From contig CAVXLD010000001.1 in NCBI GenBank assembly GCA_963762565.1, positions 591,612 to 655,611 on the forward strand: 64,000 nucleotides of DNA. The letters are read 5' to 3'. Of the stretch, positions 62,030 to 64,000 are shown one piece after another. The position numbers were made by a program, and so were the translations under genes. The notes under the pieces are model-generated. The model was not told the DNA's origin. It saw nothing but the letters and a program-made list of their open reading frames with translations, and searched no databases. Source of the stretch: an uncultured Verrucomicrobiae bacterium (GTDB lineage Bacteria; Verrucomicrobiota; Verrucomicrobiia; Chthoniobacterales; JAFAMB01). Position 1 is the first letter of the stretch, and each line of letters starts with the position of its first letter.

Positions 62030-64000
62030 TTACTTTGTGGTTGCGGGCTTCGCAGTGGAACTGACGGCTTGCACCGCAGCAACGCCGTTGATCAAACCAA
62101 AACCGTCCACCGGACTATAGCCTGTCACCGGTGAGCCAATTAGAAACGGAGCGGTCACCGTTTCACTAGTTGAACCGGGCAATGTCGCGGTAAAGGTGGC
62201 GCCGTAGCCTAAGTCTTCAGACTCACAACCAATTCCGAACTGGTCCTGGGTGAAACCCGTAAATGTGCCAGCCACATCTTGACCGACCGTGAAGCTGATA
62301 GAAGCGCCGGAGGTAAATACCCCTCTTTTGAATCTCAGGGTAAATACCGGGGTTGCCTTGGACGGCTTTTCAACGGTGACATCCGATGCAGTGACCCCGA
62401 TCGTCGGTCCTACAAGAAATTCCTTCGTATTAAATGTCAGACCTGGTTTCGACCCATCAATGGTTAAGGTATCAATCGATTGGCCGGCAGGACCGAAATA
62501 GTTCAAGGTGAGATAAGTCGGTCCGAAAAAAGATTCAGCCAGAGCGGTAACAGACACAAAACCGCCACTAACCGAGCCAATCGCCTGGGTCACCTCCGGA
62601 GTACTGTTTCTGGGCTCGCCGCTGTTTTCTAAGGCAGTTCGTACGGTGTCTAGACTAAGGGAGCTTGGCCCTCCGCCCTCCTGCAACATCAGTGCGACTA
62701 CTCCGGCAACGGTAGGTGCAGCCGCACTAGTGCCAAAGAAGGCGAAAGGATAGTTGTAGTAGGGTGCACCAAAGAACGTGGTAAGGACACCATCCACGCC
62801 GGCCACCTCAGGTTTCAGGCGAGTTTGCGGGGCAGGCAACCGATTATTGTTTTCATCGAAATAAATGATTGCCGGACCCGGCGAGGTGAAATTGTCCAGC
62901 TGCGGCAGGAACGGCCGCGTCGGTCTCCAGTTAAACGCATAAGCGGCAACTGCAATCGCAGATCGAGCGGCGGGATGCCCAAAGATGTTAGGAAGAGTTA
63001 ACGGAGCCGGTTGAAAGTATTTGCCGTACAGCTGGCTCGCACCGTCCAGGAACGTTAATAAAGCAAGCTGGTGGGTGGCAGGGATTGGTCCGGCCAGCGA
63101 GTCCGTTTTCTTCGATTTAGTAATTGCGATTTGGTAAGTCGTCCCCAGGGAGAGGTTACCAGTTTGCTGATAAGCTTCTTGGGTAACAAAAGTGTTACTC
63201 GTGCCGCTCAGCTCCGGGTGGTAGTTCCCATCGGCATCGAATACCAGGAAGTTAAAATCGGTGGTAATACCATGGTCCTCGAAGAATGGATCATCCCACT
63301 GGAAGAAGAGCATGTAAGAAAAGTTGGTCGGTCCGGGTGCCATGACGGCGGTGGACGGCTCAAACCCACCATTCGGATTCCAATTGTGCCAACCGCCGGC
63401 GGTCAAAGAAGAGGCTACATTGGTCAAGTTCAGGTTGCCGTGATTTCCGGCTCTTACAGAGGCATCGCTGAGATTCCGATAGGGATTTCGATAGCCATTG
63501 TTTCCTTCGTTGCCAGCCGAGGATGTATAAATAACTGGCTTGCCCGGTATGGTGGTACTATTGACAACCGTATTGACCGCCTGGGCGACATAGGTATCGG
63601 AAAAAACCCCTTCGTCAGAATAGCCAACATCGTCATCGATGACGTCGCAGTTCGCCTGGGTCCTGAGTGCAACGATATTATTGGCGAACCCAATCTCGCT
63701 AGCGAATGCGGTCGCAAACGCCTCATTAATATGCGGCGCTTCAGAATACACGATTTGGCAAATCGCCCGGCCTTCATCAGTGCCAGGATTACCTGGACCG
63801 CCAAAGTCCTGGAGAACGTTAACGACCGGCAGGTATCCCATTTTCACATCTTGGGCAGCGGTCGTGGCAGGAGGAGGCGTACCGAATTGGGCAGTGTTAA
63901 AGCTATCGGAAAGGACGCCGACGGTAATCCCGTCCCCGTTGAGACCTTGTTTGTTGAGGACGTTGGTTTGGAGGATCACGCCCGATTGCGAAGAAAACTT
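62030..64000 (-). CDS. S8/S53-like serine protease paralog, 5' partial
   Basis: Frame open to the window end; VGVLSDSF, TDEGRAI, FGTSAAAP; colinear with 58722..61145. Confidence 0.85.
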   Translation of the reverse strand, partial: KFSSQSGVILQTNVLNKQGLNGDGITVGVLSDSFNTAQFGTPPPATTAAQDVKMGYLPVVNVLQDFGGPGNPGTDEGRAICQIVYSEAPHINEAFATAFASEIGFANNIVALRTQANCDVIDDDVGYSDEGVFSDTYVAQAVNTVVNSTTIPGKPVIYTSSAGNEGNNGYRNPYRNLSDASVRAGNHGNLNLTNVASSLTAGGWHNWNPNGGFEPSTAVMAPGPTNFSYMLFFQWDDPFFEDHGITTDFNFLVFDADGNYHPELSGTSNTFVTQEAYQQTGNLSLGTTYQIAITKSKKTDSLAGPIPATHQLALLTFLDGASQLYGKYFQPAPLTLPNIFGHPAARSAIAVAAYAFNWRPTRPFLPQLDNFTSPGPAIIYFDENNNRLPAPQTRLKPEVAGVDGVLTTFFGAPYYNYPFAFFGTSAAAPTVAGVVALMLQEGGGPSSLSLDTVRTALENSGEPRNSTPEVTQAIGSVSGGFVSVTALAESFFGPTYLTLNYFGPAGQSIDTLTIDGSKPGLTFNTKEFLVGPTIGVTASDVTVEKPSKATPVFTLRFKRGVFTSGASISFTVGQDVAGTFTGFTQDQFGIGCESEDLGYGATFTATLPGSTSETVTAPFLIGSPVTGYSPVDGFGLINGVAAVQAVSSTAKPATTK

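Noticed and set aside
1-64000. rRNA, tRNA, prophage, IS transposase or integrase
   Set aside because: No recognisable sequence or motifs were seen by eye; a covariance-model scan was not possible.

Overview
This 64 kb window is bacterial DNA of moderate GC content. Gene content and the intergenic 7/9-mer repeats suggest a soil Verrucomicrobiota (Chthoniobacterales-like) genome; this is inference only. It is dominated by 11 duplicated MacB/FtsX-type orphan ABC permeases (ADOP-like) plus a ~105-bp relic. These sit in two minus-strand tandem arrays (0.9-12.8 kb and 36.5-50.0 kb) and as one divergent singleton (24.2-26.7 kb), with no cognate ATPase or membrane-fusion protein in the window. All three permease loci start with a sigma54-type -24/-12 promoter preceded by a tandem pair of GTCTCA-N3-TGAGAC palindromes. 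Array members share terminal nucleotide boxes and homologous heptamer-repeat spacers, and show signs of deletion and gene conversion. Other contents: a bacillithiol-like operon with a half-size BshC-like gene, two PIN toxin-antitoxin pairs, a sugar ABC operon, a TIR-kinase-pseudokinase membrane protein, a TIR-heme c (DUF3365-like) sensor, and an MFS / fused Rieske oxygenase-reductase / aldehyde dehydrogenase operon. There are also two S8/S53-like proteases, two GxxExxY genes framed by inverted 9-mer repeat arms, and many nested REP/REPIN-like hairpins. Clustered single-base frameshifts (14.5-21.3 kb, 39-44 kb) look like long-read indel errors. No rRNA, tRNA, CRISPR array, integrase or transposase was seen.
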